Positions 33,269 to 42,076 of a DNA stretch of 64,000 bases are shown piece by piece; the first letter of the stretch is position 1; every line of letters starts with the position of its first letter. The notes beneath the pieces were generated by a model. The model searched no databases. It saw nothing but the letters and a program-made list of their open reading frames with translations, and was not told the DNA's origin. This DNA comes from Bacilli bacterium. GTDB taxonomy: Bacteria; Bacillota_I; Bacilli_A; RFN20; UBA1709. The DNA lies in assembly GCA_050949315.1 (NCBI GenBank), contig JBMNFL010000001.1, positions 96,001 to 160,000 on the forward strand, read 5' to 3'. Both the position numbers and the translations under genes were made by a program.

Positions 33269-33730
33269 ATGAAGAAATTATTTAAAGAGTTCAAGGACTT
33301 CATTAATCGTGGAAATGCTTTAGCTTTGGCTATTGGTGTTATCATCGGTGGCGCCTTTTCGTCGGTTGTTGGTGCGATAAATAGCAAAATTATCTCACCA
33401 TTGATCGGCTTACTTATCGGTGATGCTGATCTGAGCAATTCTTTGATTACGGTTTTAAAAACAGATGCTGAGGGCAATGTGACTAACGCCATCTATTGGG
33501 GTGCTTTTTTACAAGCGGTCATTGATTTTATTCTCATCGCTTTAATTCTATTTATTATCAGTAAGATTGTTTTGACAGTGGTTGCTAAGGCTAAAGAAGT
33601 TGTTGATAAGGGGCATGATGAAGAAGTAGTTGTGGCTTCTGAACCAGAACCTGAGCCGGTTAAACCAGCCACGGAAGTTTTACTAGAAGAGATTAGAGAT
33701 TTATTAAAGGAAGAAAAGAACGCAAAATAA
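33269..33730 (+). CDS. mscL: Large-conductance mechanosensitive channel
   Basis: FKEFKDFINRGN...LAIGVIIGGAF, WGAFLQAVIDF, LLEEIRDLL. Confidence 0.96.
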   Translation: MKKLFKEFKDFINRGNALALAIGVIIGGAFSSVVGAINSKIISPLIGLLIGDADLSNSLITVLKTDAEGNVTNAIYWGAFLQAVIDFILIALILFIISKIVLTVVAKAKEVVDKGHDEEVVVASEPEPEPVKPATEVLLEEIRDLLKEEKNAK

Positions 33731-33738
33731 AGAACAAG

Positions 33739-34050
33739 TTATTGCTTGTTCCTTAGGATATAGTTGTAGATATTACGAATGTTTTCCCAGTCTTGTTTGA
33801 AGGTGTCAACCCGTTTGATGCCTTTTTCCTTAATGCGATAGTAATTGCGGATACGACCATTGACTTCAACGTTATAGGTTTCTAATTCCCCAGCAGCTTC
33901 TAGACGTCTAAGAATAGGGTAGAGGGTGGATTCAGAAATTTTAACAATAGGGGAAAGACGAGCGATTATTTTATAGCCATAAGAAGGCGTGCTTCGTAAA
34001 ATGGTCAAAACAAAAATTTCCAGATTATCTTTTTCCAGTTTTGTTAACAC
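33739..34050 (-). CDS. PadR family transcriptional regulator
   Basis: SYGY.I, ESTLYPILRRLE, GR.R.YY.I. Confidence 0.92.
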   Translation of the reverse strand: MLTKLEKDNLEIFVLTILRSTPSYGYKIIARLSPIVKISESTLYPILRRLEAAGELETYNVEVNGRIRNYYRIKEKGIKRVDTFKQDWENIRNIYNYILRNKQ

Positions 34051-34074
34051 AGTTTCGCCCCCTTATTTTTTGAT

Positions 34075-34103
34075 ATTATACAATGCGTAGTATAAGCTTT
34101 CAA
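34075..34103 (-). promoter_or_regulatory. padR promoter with overlapping palindromic operator
   Basis: Minus-strand TTGAAA-17-TATAAT; palindrome TTATAC-N8-GTATAA at 34076-34095. Confidence 0.6.
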
Positions 34104-34168
34104 GCCTTAAAATATAAAAATCTATTTTATTTTAAAAATCTTAGGTATAATAAGACAAGGTGATGTTG

Positions 34169-35293
34169 ATGAAGAAATATATTTTTGCCGATTATAACAA
34201 TTCTTTGGTCAATCTTATCGCTTCAATTGGCAAGAGTTATGGCTTAGAAATGACAGCCACTAGTCTTGAACTTTTAGATAGGGAACTGGCCAAAAATTAT
34301 CGCAGTGTTGTCCTGTTACTGCTCGATGGCATGGGCTCTTTTATCATGGATAAACATCTTAGTAAAGATAGTTTCCTACAAAGGAAAAAAGTAGCCGATT
34401 ATTCATCGGTTTTTCCATCGACAACAGCCGCGGCAACTACCGTTTTAACTTCGGGAAAATCGCCAATTGAAACGGGCTGGCTTGGCTGGCACCAATATTT
34501 TCCTCAGGTGGATCATGATGTCATTTTATTTACCGGACGCGGTTATTATGATGAGCGACTAGAAGAACCAAACCCCGCTTATAAATATTTAAGTTACGAA
34601 ACTTTTGTTCAGCGCTTGAGAAATAAAGGGATAGAAGCGACAACACTTTATCCGAAGTGGTCAAAAGAGAATCCCACGCGTAGTAAAGGTGCTTTTTTTC
34701 GGCAAATTAAACGCTTTGTAAAAAGGGGTCAAAATCGCCAATATCTATATGCCTATTGGGATAACCCTGACCATTTGATGCATGAGTTTGGAACTGATGA
34801 TTTACGTGTTAAAAAAATGCTTAGGGATGTAGATAAACGAATTGAAAGGTTATCTAAAAAACTACCGGCTGATGCCCTGTTAATTGTTACAGCCGATCAT
34901 GGGCATCACGATGTAAAAAGCTTATATTTAAACGAGTATCCTGATTTTTTGAAAACGCTTGTTCGCTTGCCAAGTATTGATTCTCGCAACTCCACTTTTT
35001 TCGTGCGCGAGGATAAAAATAAGGAGTTTGAAGCCTTATTTGAAGAATATTTTGCTTCCTATTTTTTACTGATTAAGAAGGAAGATGTTCTCAAACAAAA
35101 GCTGTTTGGTTTAGGTAGTCCCCATCCCTTAGCTTTAGACTTTATCGGTGATTATCAGGCCGTGGCTATCGATGACTATCAATTCTCTTATAAGAGTGAA
35201 GATGATAAAGCCAACTCTTTTGAAATGAAGGCAGCCCATGCCGGGATTTTAGAAGATGAGATGATTATTCCGCTTATTTTAATTCATCGCTAG
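34169..35293 (+). CDS. Alkaline phosphatase superfamily / nucleotide pyrophosphatase-phosphodiesterase
   Basis: LLLLDGMG, SVFPSTTAAA, D..MHEFG, VTADHG, HAG. Confidence 0.9.
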   Translation: MKKYIFADYNNSLVNLIASIGKSYGLEMTATSLELLDRELAKNYRSVVLLLLDGMGSFIMDKHLSKDSFLQRKKVADYSSVFPSTTAAATTVLTSGKSPIETGWLGWHQYFPQVDHDVILFTGRGYYDERLEEPNPAYKYLSYETFVQRLRNKGIEATTLYPKWSKENPTRSKGAFFRQIKRFVKRGQNRQYLYAYWDNPDHLMHEFGTDDLRVKKMLRDVDKRIERLSKKLPADALLIVTADHGHHDVKSLYLNEYPDFLKTLVRLPSIDSRNSTFFVREDKNKEFEALFEEYFASYFLLIKKEDVLKQKLFGLGSPHPLALDFIGDYQAVAIDDYQFSYKSEDDKANSFEMKAAHAGILEDEMIIPLILIHR

Positions 35294-35367
35294 ATTCAAG
35301 GTGTATTTATTGCTATTTAGTTTTTATTGAACTAGAATTACTCAATATAGAAAGGTGGTAATATCAA

Positions 35368-36792
35368 GTGCCTAAACAATTTTCAACTTATCTACAAGCC
35401 AAGTTACCTTTACTAGAAAAATTGCTGGCCAAACTGGCTGAAAGATATGCCTATTGTTCAATTTTGGGCTGTGATTCGCAGGGGAAGTCTATCGCGGTCC
35501 TTACTAATTCTACTATTATTAATGACAATCCTTTTGCCGAACGCGGTTTTGTTATTCGTGTTCATAACGGTCTCAATTATGCGGAATATTCATTTAACGA
35601 ACTCAGTGAAGAAAATATAGCAACCATCCTTAAGAAAGTTGCAACTGAGTTAGAGTTAAGCGAAGAATATAAACAGTCAAAAGCTATCAAATTAGAAGAA
35701 TACAAACTCTTTGAAGAAGAAAAGATTCGTCAAGATTTCAAGCGGGTTTATCAAGGAGAGAAACCGCCACTTGCTACTGTTGTCAATAGACTAAGCGCAG
35801 TTAAAGATCACTTACAAAAAAGAGAAAATGTCCTCAATGCCACTGTTAATTATCAACAATTAGATATCAGCAAATGTTTTCTTTCCAAAGATAAACACTT
35901 AACCCAGTTTTATAGTTGGGCGGTAGGTGTTGTCGCGGCCTTAGTTAAAAAGGAAGAGGATGTGCGCTATTCTTATGTTTCAAGTTCCGGTGTTGAGCCC
36001 AATCAAGTCTTGAAGGAGTTGGATGATTTAGAAGCTAAGGCCTATCAGGATGCTATGGATTTGCTGGGAAGTTTACCGCCTAAAGCTGGTGTTTATGATA
36101 TTATCGCTTGTCCGGATATCACCGGTTTAATCGCCCATGAGGCCTTTGGTCATGGGGTTGAGATGGATATGTTTGTTAAAGGCCGGGCCAAAGGTCAGGA
36201 GTATCTTAATAAAAGGGTGGCCTCTGATTTAGTGACTATGCATGAGGGGGCCAAGGGCGAACAATTACAAGTATCCTCATATTTCTTTGATGATGAGGGA
36301 AACTTAGCCCAAGACACGATTGAAATCTCTAAAGGTATTCTCAAAACTGGAGTCAGTGATGCTTTATCGGCTTTAATTTTAGGGACGAAACCAACAGGGA
36401 ATGGTAAGCGTCAATCCTTTGAACGCAAGGCCTACGCAAGAATGACGGCCACGTATTTTGAAGCAGGTAAACACAGTTTAGAAGAGATGATTGCCTCAAT
36501 TAAGGAGGGCTTTTTGATCAGTGTTGGTTATAGCGGTATGGAGGATCCCAAAAATTGGGGTATCCAACTGGCGGCCTTGATAGGACGGGAGATCAAAGAT
36601 GGTAAATTAACCGGTAAAGTAGTCTCACCGATTATGATGACTGGTTATGTCCCTGATTTATTGGGTTCTATTTCTATGCTCAGTGACTCGGTTGAACTTT
36701 TTGGGTCGGGAATGTGTGGTAAAGGTTATAAAGAATGGGTCAAAGTCTCCGATGGTGGACCCTATTTGAAAGCGCGGGTGAATATAGGATGA
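35368..36792 (+). CDS. tldD: TldD family metalloprotease
   Basis: HEAFGH (HExxGH), FDDEG, GNGKR, RMT.TY, CGKG...VSDGGP. Confidence 0.9.
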   Translation: MPKQFSTYLQAKLPLLEKLLAKLAERYAYCSILGCDSQGKSIAVLTNSTIINDNPFAERGFVIRVHNGLNYAEYSFNELSEENIATILKKVATELELSEEYKQSKAIKLEEYKLFEEEKIRQDFKRVYQGEKPPLATVVNRLSAVKDHLQKRENVLNATVNYQQLDISKCFLSKDKHLTQFYSWAVGVVAALVKKEEDVRYSYVSSSGVEPNQVLKELDDLEAKAYQDAMDLLGSLPPKAGVYDIIACPDITGLIAHEAFGHGVEMDMFVKGRAKGQEYLNKRVASDLVTMHEGAKGEQLQVSSYFFDDEGNLAQDTIEISKGILKTGVSDALSALILGTKPTGNGKRQSFERKAYARMTATYFEAGKHSLEEMIASIKEGFLISVGYSGMEDPKNWGIQLAALIGREIKDGKLTGKVVSPIMMTGYVPDLLGSISMLSDSVELFGSGMCGKGYKEWVKVSDGGPYLKARVNIG

Positions 36793-38078
36793 TTGAACTT
36801 ATTAAAAAGGTTTTAGCCACTTATCCTCAGGTTGAGTGGACAATCAATGAGGAGAGTGTTTCTTCTTATGAGTTATTTTTTGTTCGGCGTTTACTGCAGA
36901 TGAATAGGGCTAAAGATGTTAAACACTATAGGCTCAGTGTCTATGTTGAACAAGCTGGTTTTAAGGGAACGGCTGATTTTGCAATTCATCCTGGTGCGAA
37001 AGAAGAGGAAGTAAAAAGATTGATCGAGGAAGGTGTCTACGCTGCCTCTTTAGCTAAGAACAAGACTTTTGTCTTGCCTAGCCCAAAAAAGCTTAAACTT
37101 AAGAGCCGAGTGTCAAATATGGATGAGCAAGAACTTTCTGTGTTGGCTTTAAGGATTGCCGAGGCGGTTTTTAAAAATGATACCGAAGAAAAAGGTTTCT
37201 TAAATGCCACAGAGGTCTTTGTCAACCGCAAGTCTTTGCGGGTCTATAATTCTAACGGAATTGATTATAGTAAGACCTCCACTGAGGGACAGGTAGAATA
37301 TATAACAACCTATAGGGGTTCTAAAGAAGAGATTGAACTCTATCGTTTCTTAGAGTTTACCGATTTCTCGGCCGCAAGAATTGCCGCTGATGTCAAAGAA
37401 CAGTTTAGGATTGCTAAATATCGGGCGGAAGCTAAGGAAATGAAGAATTTCACCAATATCAATGTCGTCTTTAATGCCGCGGACATCCGCGAGTTAATGA
37501 ATTACTATTATTGTATGCGTAGCAATGTGCGAAACATCTATAATCATAGTTCTGATTGGCAGGTAGGCGTGGCGGTTCAAGATTTAGACGCCAAAGGCGA
37601 TAAGTTAAATCTTAGCCTTAACCCTGATCAAAAAGGCTCGACTGGAAACTGTCCTTTTGATCGTCTGGGTTCTAGCAATGAAAAGGTGGAGATAATTAAA
37701 GATGGCAAGGTCGCGGCTCTTTGGGGTTCTAGTATTTATGGACAATATCTTGGTTATGAGACCAAGGTTAATACCAATAACGTGGAACTTGGTTTAGGAA
37801 GTTTAAGTGATGAAGACTTAGAAAAAGAGCCTTATTTAGAGTTGTTATCCCTGTCGGGTTTACAGGTTGATGATGTGACAGGTAGTTTTGGTAGTGAAAT
37901 TCGTCTAGCACTCTATCATGAAAAGGGTAAGATCACGCCTTATTATGGCAGTTCAATCAACGGCTTTTTAAAGGAAGTCAGTTCTTCTTGGCAGTTCAGC
38001 CAGCAAAAAGTCCAAATAAACCATTATCATGGTCCGAAAAAACTTCTAATAAAAGGTGTTAATATTTTCGGAAAGTAA
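36789..38078 (+). CDS. TldE/PmbA-like metallopeptidase partner
   Basis: Coupled to tldD, PFD..G motif, no HExxH, similar length. Confidence 0.78.
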   Translation: MIELIKKVLATYPQVEWTINEESVSSYELFFVRRLLQMNRAKDVKHYRLSVYVEQAGFKGTADFAIHPGAKEEEVKRLIEEGVYAASLAKNKTFVLPSPKKLKLKSRVSNMDEQELSVLALRIAEAVFKNDTEEKGFLNATEVFVNRKSLRVYNSNGIDYSKTSTEGQVEYITTYRGSKEEIELYRFLEFTDFSAARIAADVKEQFRIAKYRAEAKEMKNFTNINVVFNAADIRELMNYYYCMRSNVRNIYNHSSDWQVGVAVQDLDAKGDKLNLSLNPDQKGSTGNCPFDRLGSSNEKVEIIKDGKVAALWGSSIYGQYLGYETKVNTNNVELGLGSLSDEDLEKEPYLELLSLSGLQVDDVTGSFGSEIRLALYHEKGKITPYYGSSINGFLKEVSSSWQFSQQKVQINHYHGPKKLLIKGVNIFGK

Positions 38079-38181
38079 GCATAAGAGTTTTCTTGAGGGA
38101 GTGGAGATAATTCTACTCCTTTTTATTTTGATAAAAATGGTTTATTTTATAGAAATTTGTTATACTAAAAAAGGTGATCTT

Positions 38182-38685
38182 ATGCTCAATTTTATTGCGC
38201 AGCGCCGCCACGATGAATGTGGTCTTGCCTGCATGTTAATGATTTTGCAGTATTATGATTGTCCTTTAAATTATTTAGCTCTGCGTTTTTTAAGCCCTAA
38301 GCAGCCATCTTTTTATGACATGCATTATCTCTTTTGTTTATTAGGATTAACATCAAGTTCCTATTTGGTGAAGGATTGTGCTTTAAAAAGAATTGATACT
38401 CTACCGGTAATTCTGCACTTGCGGGGCTTTTTTGCTTGTCATTATGTGGTTTTAGAAAAGATAGAAGGAAAGAAGGCCTTGGTAGCAAATCCTGCTGCTT
38501 TTGGCAAGCGCTTTATGAGTTTAAAGAAATTACAAAGAGTTTGGACGGGTTATTATTTAGTGGTCAAAGGGCCGAAAATAAGTTCAAAAAAGTTGCCAGC
38601 ATCTTTGGCTTATCCCTGGCGTTTTTTGGCTAGCACACTTTTACTTACGGCTTTGTTCTTCTTTTTATTTTGTTGGCTTTTTTAA
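38182..38685 (+). CDS. Stand-alone C39 cysteine peptidase domain protein with C-terminal TM
   Basis: Q.....CGLACM.MIL.YY, LPVILH, HYVVL, ANPA, WTG. Confidence 0.8.
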   Translation: MLNFIAQRRHDECGLACMLMILQYYDCPLNYLALRFLSPKQPSFYDMHYLFCLLGLTSSSYLVKDCALKRIDTLPVILHLRGFFACHYVVLEKIEGKKALVANPAAFGKRFMSLKKLQRVWTGYYLVVKGPKISSKKLPASLAYPWRFLASTLLLTALFFFLFCWLF

Positions 38686-38712
38686 GCAAGAAAAAGGTGT
38701 TATAATTAAACT

Positions 38713-39189
38713 ATGAGAATTAAGATTCATTATCAGAATGAGTTAGAACAAAAACTCGTTGGCTACCAGAAACTTTTTCGGCAAATTTCTCTTGTCGTTT
38801 TTGCCCATGAAAGAATGGGTGGCAGTTATGAATTATCGCTTAGTATTGTGAGCGAAGAAAAGATCAGGGAATTTAATAGGACTTATCGAGCAATTGATGA
38901 GGTTACTGATGTTTTGAGCTTTGCTCAACTAGAGGGGGTAAACTATACCTTACCTAAGGATATGCCCTTACCTTTAGGGGATATTTTAATATGTTATAAT
39001 CAGGCTAAAAAGCAGGCTAGCGCCTATGGCCATAGTATCCGTCGCGAGATGGCTTTCCTTTTCACTCACGGCCTTTTACACCTTTTAGGCTATGATCATA
39101 TGAATGAGAAAGATGAGAAAAAAATGTTTACTCTTCAAGAAAGAATTTTGAATAAGTTGGGTATTAGGAAACAAGAAAGATATGTTTAA
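38713..39189 (+). CDS. ybeY: rRNA maturation RNase YbeY
   Basis: TDVLSF, LGDI.I, HGLLHLLGYDH. Confidence 0.97.
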   Translation: MRIKIHYQNELEQKLVGYQKLFRQISLVVFAHERMGGSYELSLSIVSEEKIREFNRTYRAIDEVTDVLSFAQLEGVNYTLPKDMPLPLGDILICYNQAKKQASAYGHSIRREMAFLFTHGLLHLLGYDHMNEKDEKKMFTLQERILNKLGIRKQERYV

Positions 39190-39313
39190 AAAAACTAAAA
39201 TCCTTATTTAAAAAACGCAAAAATACTTATCTTTTATTACATGCGTGGCTACTGCAAACTAAAATATAATAAAAGATATTGAGATTTGTTTAGCCCAATT
39301 TGTTTTGTGTTTA

Positions 39314-39349
39314 TACAGTGACATTTACAGTGACATTTACAGTGACATA
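39314..39349 (+). repeat. Three tandem 12-bp repeats TACAGTGACATT overlapping the -35 of the promoter GTGACA-17-TATAAT
   Basis: Units at 39314, 39326 and 39338; -35 GTGACA 39330-39335, -10 TATAAT 39353-39358. Confidence 0.93.
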
Positions 39350-39383
39350 TTGTATAATAACAATTAGAAAAGGAGTGGTTTAT

Positions 39384-40724
39384 ATGAACTTAGGAATCGA
39401 GAATGAAACACTAGAATTCAAAAAATCCACAAGTGAATTAAAAGCTGCTATGAATGATATATGTGCAATGTTAAATAAGCACGGTTATGGCACATTATAT
39501 TTTGGTGTAAAACCTAATGGTCAAGTTTGCGGTCAAGAGATAAGCGCAAGTTCGCTCAATGATGTTGCTAGATGTATTAAATCAGCAATTAAACCCATGA
39601 TATATCCTCAAATTGATAGGGTTAATTTAGGTGGATTAGATGTGATAAAAGTAGAAGTCAAAGGAAATGAAAGACCTTATTCGTCCTATGGAAAATACTT
39701 CAAAAGAGTTCATGATAGGGCAGAAGATATTACTCCAGACGAATTAAAACATATGATGTTAAATAATGACTTTACTTCAATATGGGAAAATAATCTAACT
39801 CCATATGGATTAGATGATGTTGATTCAAATGCCCTTGAAAGTTTTTATAATAAATCAGTTGATTGTGGCAGATTGGAGCCATTAGAGAAATATAATGAAG
39901 AAGAATTGCTTGCAATTTTAGGCTTGTATAAAGATGGCAAACTAAATAATGCGGGTTATTTTTTATTCTCATCAAAAGAACCGGTTGTTTTAAAAATGGC
40001 TGTTTATGTTACTGATGCTAGACTCAATTTTTCGGATATAAATAGAGTTCATGGTAATATCTACAATTTAATTGATGTTGCAACTAAATATGTTATTAAC
40101 CATATGAATTGGAGAGTAGAATTTGATAGCAAAAGCACATCTAGAATTGAAATTCCAGAAGTACCAATTGTGGCGATAAGAGAAGCTGTGGTTAATGCTT
40201 TTGCTCATGCCAATTATCGTTCATTTACTGAACATGAAATTACCATTACACCAACTTTAATTGAAATATACAATCCCGGAGAATTTCCAGTGAATTACAA
40301 GCCAGAAGATTTCGCAACTAAAAGGATAGGTTCAATGCCCAGAAACAAAAAAATATTGGATGTATTATACAAGTCAAAGAATGTTGAAGTTCAAGGAAGT
40401 GGGTTGCGAAAAATATTCAATGAATGTAAAGAAAACGATACAAAATATGAATATGTCTTAAATGATTATGGATTTAGATTTGTATTCCATAGAAAAAATG
40501 TCACTGTAAACGTCACTCAAGATGTCACTGTAAAACTAATTAGAACCGACTATGAAGTTTTGAATTTATTGAAACAAAATCCTGAAAGCACGCGGGATGT
40601 AATGGCGCGGAAAATTGGCAAAACCGTTAGAACAATTCAAAGGTCATTAAACAGATTAACAAAAGCCGGGAAAATTGTTAGAATAGGTGGTGACAAGACT
40701 GGCTATTGGGAGATAATAGTCTAG
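39384..40724 (+). CDS. AlbA_2 (Schlafen-like) + HATPase_c_4 + C-terminal HTH protein
   Basis: ENETLEFKKS, ICAMLN..GTLYFGV, REAVVNAFAH.NY, I.NPG, PRN..I...L, GSG, C-terminal HTH ending G.WEI; AGGAG RBS; visibly AT-rich. Confidence 0.88.
   Translation: MNLGIENETLEFKKSTSELKAAMNDICAMLNKHGYGTLYFGVKPNGQVCGQEISASSLNDVARCIKSAIKPMIYPQIDRVNLGGLDVIKVEVKGNERPYSSYGKYFKRVHDRAEDITPDELKHMMLNNDFTSIWENNLTPYGLDDVDSNALESFYNKSVDCGRLEPLEKYNEEELLAILGLYKDGKLNNAGYFLFSSKEPVVLKMAVYVTDARLNFSDINRVHGNIYNLIDVATKYVINHMNWRVEFDSKSTSRIEIPEVPIVAIREAVVNAFAHANYRSFTEHEITITPTLIEIYNPGEFPVNYKPEDFATKRIGSMPRNKKILDVLYKSKNVEVQGSGLRKIFNECKENDTKYEYVLNDYGFRFVFHRKNVTVNVTQDVTVKLIRTDYEVLNLLKQNPESTRDVMARKIGKTVRTIQRSLNRLTKAGKIVRIGGDKTGYWEIIV
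40497..40532 (-). repeat. Three intragenic 12-bp repeats (AATGTCACTGTA, AACGTCACTCAA, GATGTCACTGTA), inverted copies of the promoter array
   Basis: Reverse complement of TACAGTGACATT is AATGTCACTGTA; 0, 3 and 1 mismatches; encodes NVTV-NVTQ-DVTV. Confidence 0.9.
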
Positions 40725-40780
40725 AAGGGAGAAAGTTATTCAGTAATCAAGGTGGACTCCACTGAATAATAGATAAAAAA

Positions 40781-41188
40781 ATGATAAAACACTTAGATGA
40801 ATTAGTTAGGCAGGCTAAGCTTGCTCAAGCCAAGGCTTATGCGCCTTATTCAAAATTTAAAGTAGGGGCAGCTCTTATGTTAAGTGACCATAATTATATC
40901 CAAGGAGTTAATTGTGAAAATGCCTCTTATGGTTTAACTTGCTGTGCGGAGCGAGTGGCAATTTATAATGCCATCACCCAGGGTTATAGCAAGAAAGATA
41001 TTTTGGCTTTGGCTATCGTTAGTGATTCTACTGGCGATACTAGTCCTTGTGGGGCTTGCCGGCAGGTGATGTTTGAACTCTTAGATCCTAAAACCCCAGT
41101 TTATTGTGTCAATGCTAAGAATGAAGTTAAAGAATATCAGGTTGAGGATTTCTTGCCCCAGCCTTTTAATGCCGAGGGTTTGAAATAA
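40781..41188 (+). CDS. cdd: Cytidine deaminase
   Basis: AYAPYSKFKVGAA, ENASYGLTCCAER, SPCGACRQ. Confidence 0.97.
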   Translation: MIKHLDELVRQAKLAQAKAYAPYSKFKVGAALMLSDHNYIQGVNCENASYGLTCCAERVAIYNAITQGYSKKDILALAIVSDSTGDTSPCGACRQVMFELLDPKTPVYCVNAKNEVKEYQVEDFLPQPFNAEGLK

Positions 41189-41189
41189 A

Positions 41190-42074
41190 ATGGCTTTTAA
41201 ATCCGGCTTTGTCGCCTTGATTGGTCGACCAAATGTTGGCAAATCAACTTTGCTGAACAGTTTACTTGGTCAAAAAGTTGCGATTGTGTCGCCTAAAGCG
41301 CAAACGACGAGGAATGTTATTCGGGGCGTTTATAGTAATAGTGAGCTACAGATTGTTTTTCTAGATACCCCAGGACTGCACCAAGCGAGCAATGTTTTAG
41401 GCAAATACATGAATCAAAAAGCCAAGGCTTCTTGTTATGAAGTAGAGGCCATTTTACTAGTTGCTGATGCCAGCAAGGATCACGCTGAGGATTATGAGAC
41501 CTTAATCAGGGACATCAAAGATTTTAATTGTCCGCTTTTTTTAGTCTTAAATAAAATTGATTTAATAAGTAAAAATCAACTTTTAACTCTCACCGCTTCT
41601 TTTGCCGAAAAGTTTACTTTTGCCGGCATCATTCCCGTTTCAGCCCGCAAAAAAGATAATTTAGAACAGATATTAGTGGCTCTTAAGGAAGTTTTGCCAG
41701 AGGGTCCAAAGTATTATCCTGAGTCCACACTCAGTGATAATCCTGAAAGTTTTATTGTAAGTGAGATTATTCGGGAGAAGATTCTTTCTTTTACCCGTGA
41801 GGAAATACCGCATTCGGTAGCGGTTATCGTTGAGAAGATGACAACTACTAGTAAGGCTTTGAATATTTTTGCGACCATTATTGTTGAGCGCGAATCGCAA
41901 AAAGGGATTTTAATTGGTAAAAACGGTCAAATGCTCCGTAAAATTGGCACCAGTGCTCGCCAAGAATTAAGTAGGATTTTAGCAACGCCCATTCATTTAG
42001 AAACCTTTGTTAGAGTAGAGAAGGATTGGCGTAATTCTCTTCGTTATCTCAAAGAATTTGGTTATAGAGATTAG
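41190..42074 (+). CDS. era: GTPase Era
   Basis: GRPNVGKST, QTTR, DTPG, NKID, KH domain ERESQKGILIG. Confidence 0.98.
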   Translation: MAFKSGFVALIGRPNVGKSTLLNSLLGQKVAIVSPKAQTTRNVIRGVYSNSELQIVFLDTPGLHQASNVLGKYMNQKAKASCYEVEAILLVADASKDHAEDYETLIRDIKDFNCPLFLVLNKIDLISKNQLLTLTASFAEKFTFAGIIPVSARKKDNLEQILVALKEVLPEGPKYYPESTLSDNPESFIVSEIIREKILSFTREEIPHSVAVIVEKMTTTSKALNIFATIIVERESQKGILIGKNGQMLRKIGTSARQELSRILATPIHLETFVRVEKDWRNSLRYLKEFGYRD

Positions 42075-42076
42075 TT

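Noticed and set aside
39182-39211. Tiny ORF MFKKTKILI overlapping the ybeY stop, as a dgkA remnant
   Set aside because: Too short to assign any homology
39300-39383. ORF-track extension VYTVTFTVTFTVTY of the AlbA_2 protein
   Set aside because: It is the promoter repeat read in frame; a strong RBS supports ATG 39384
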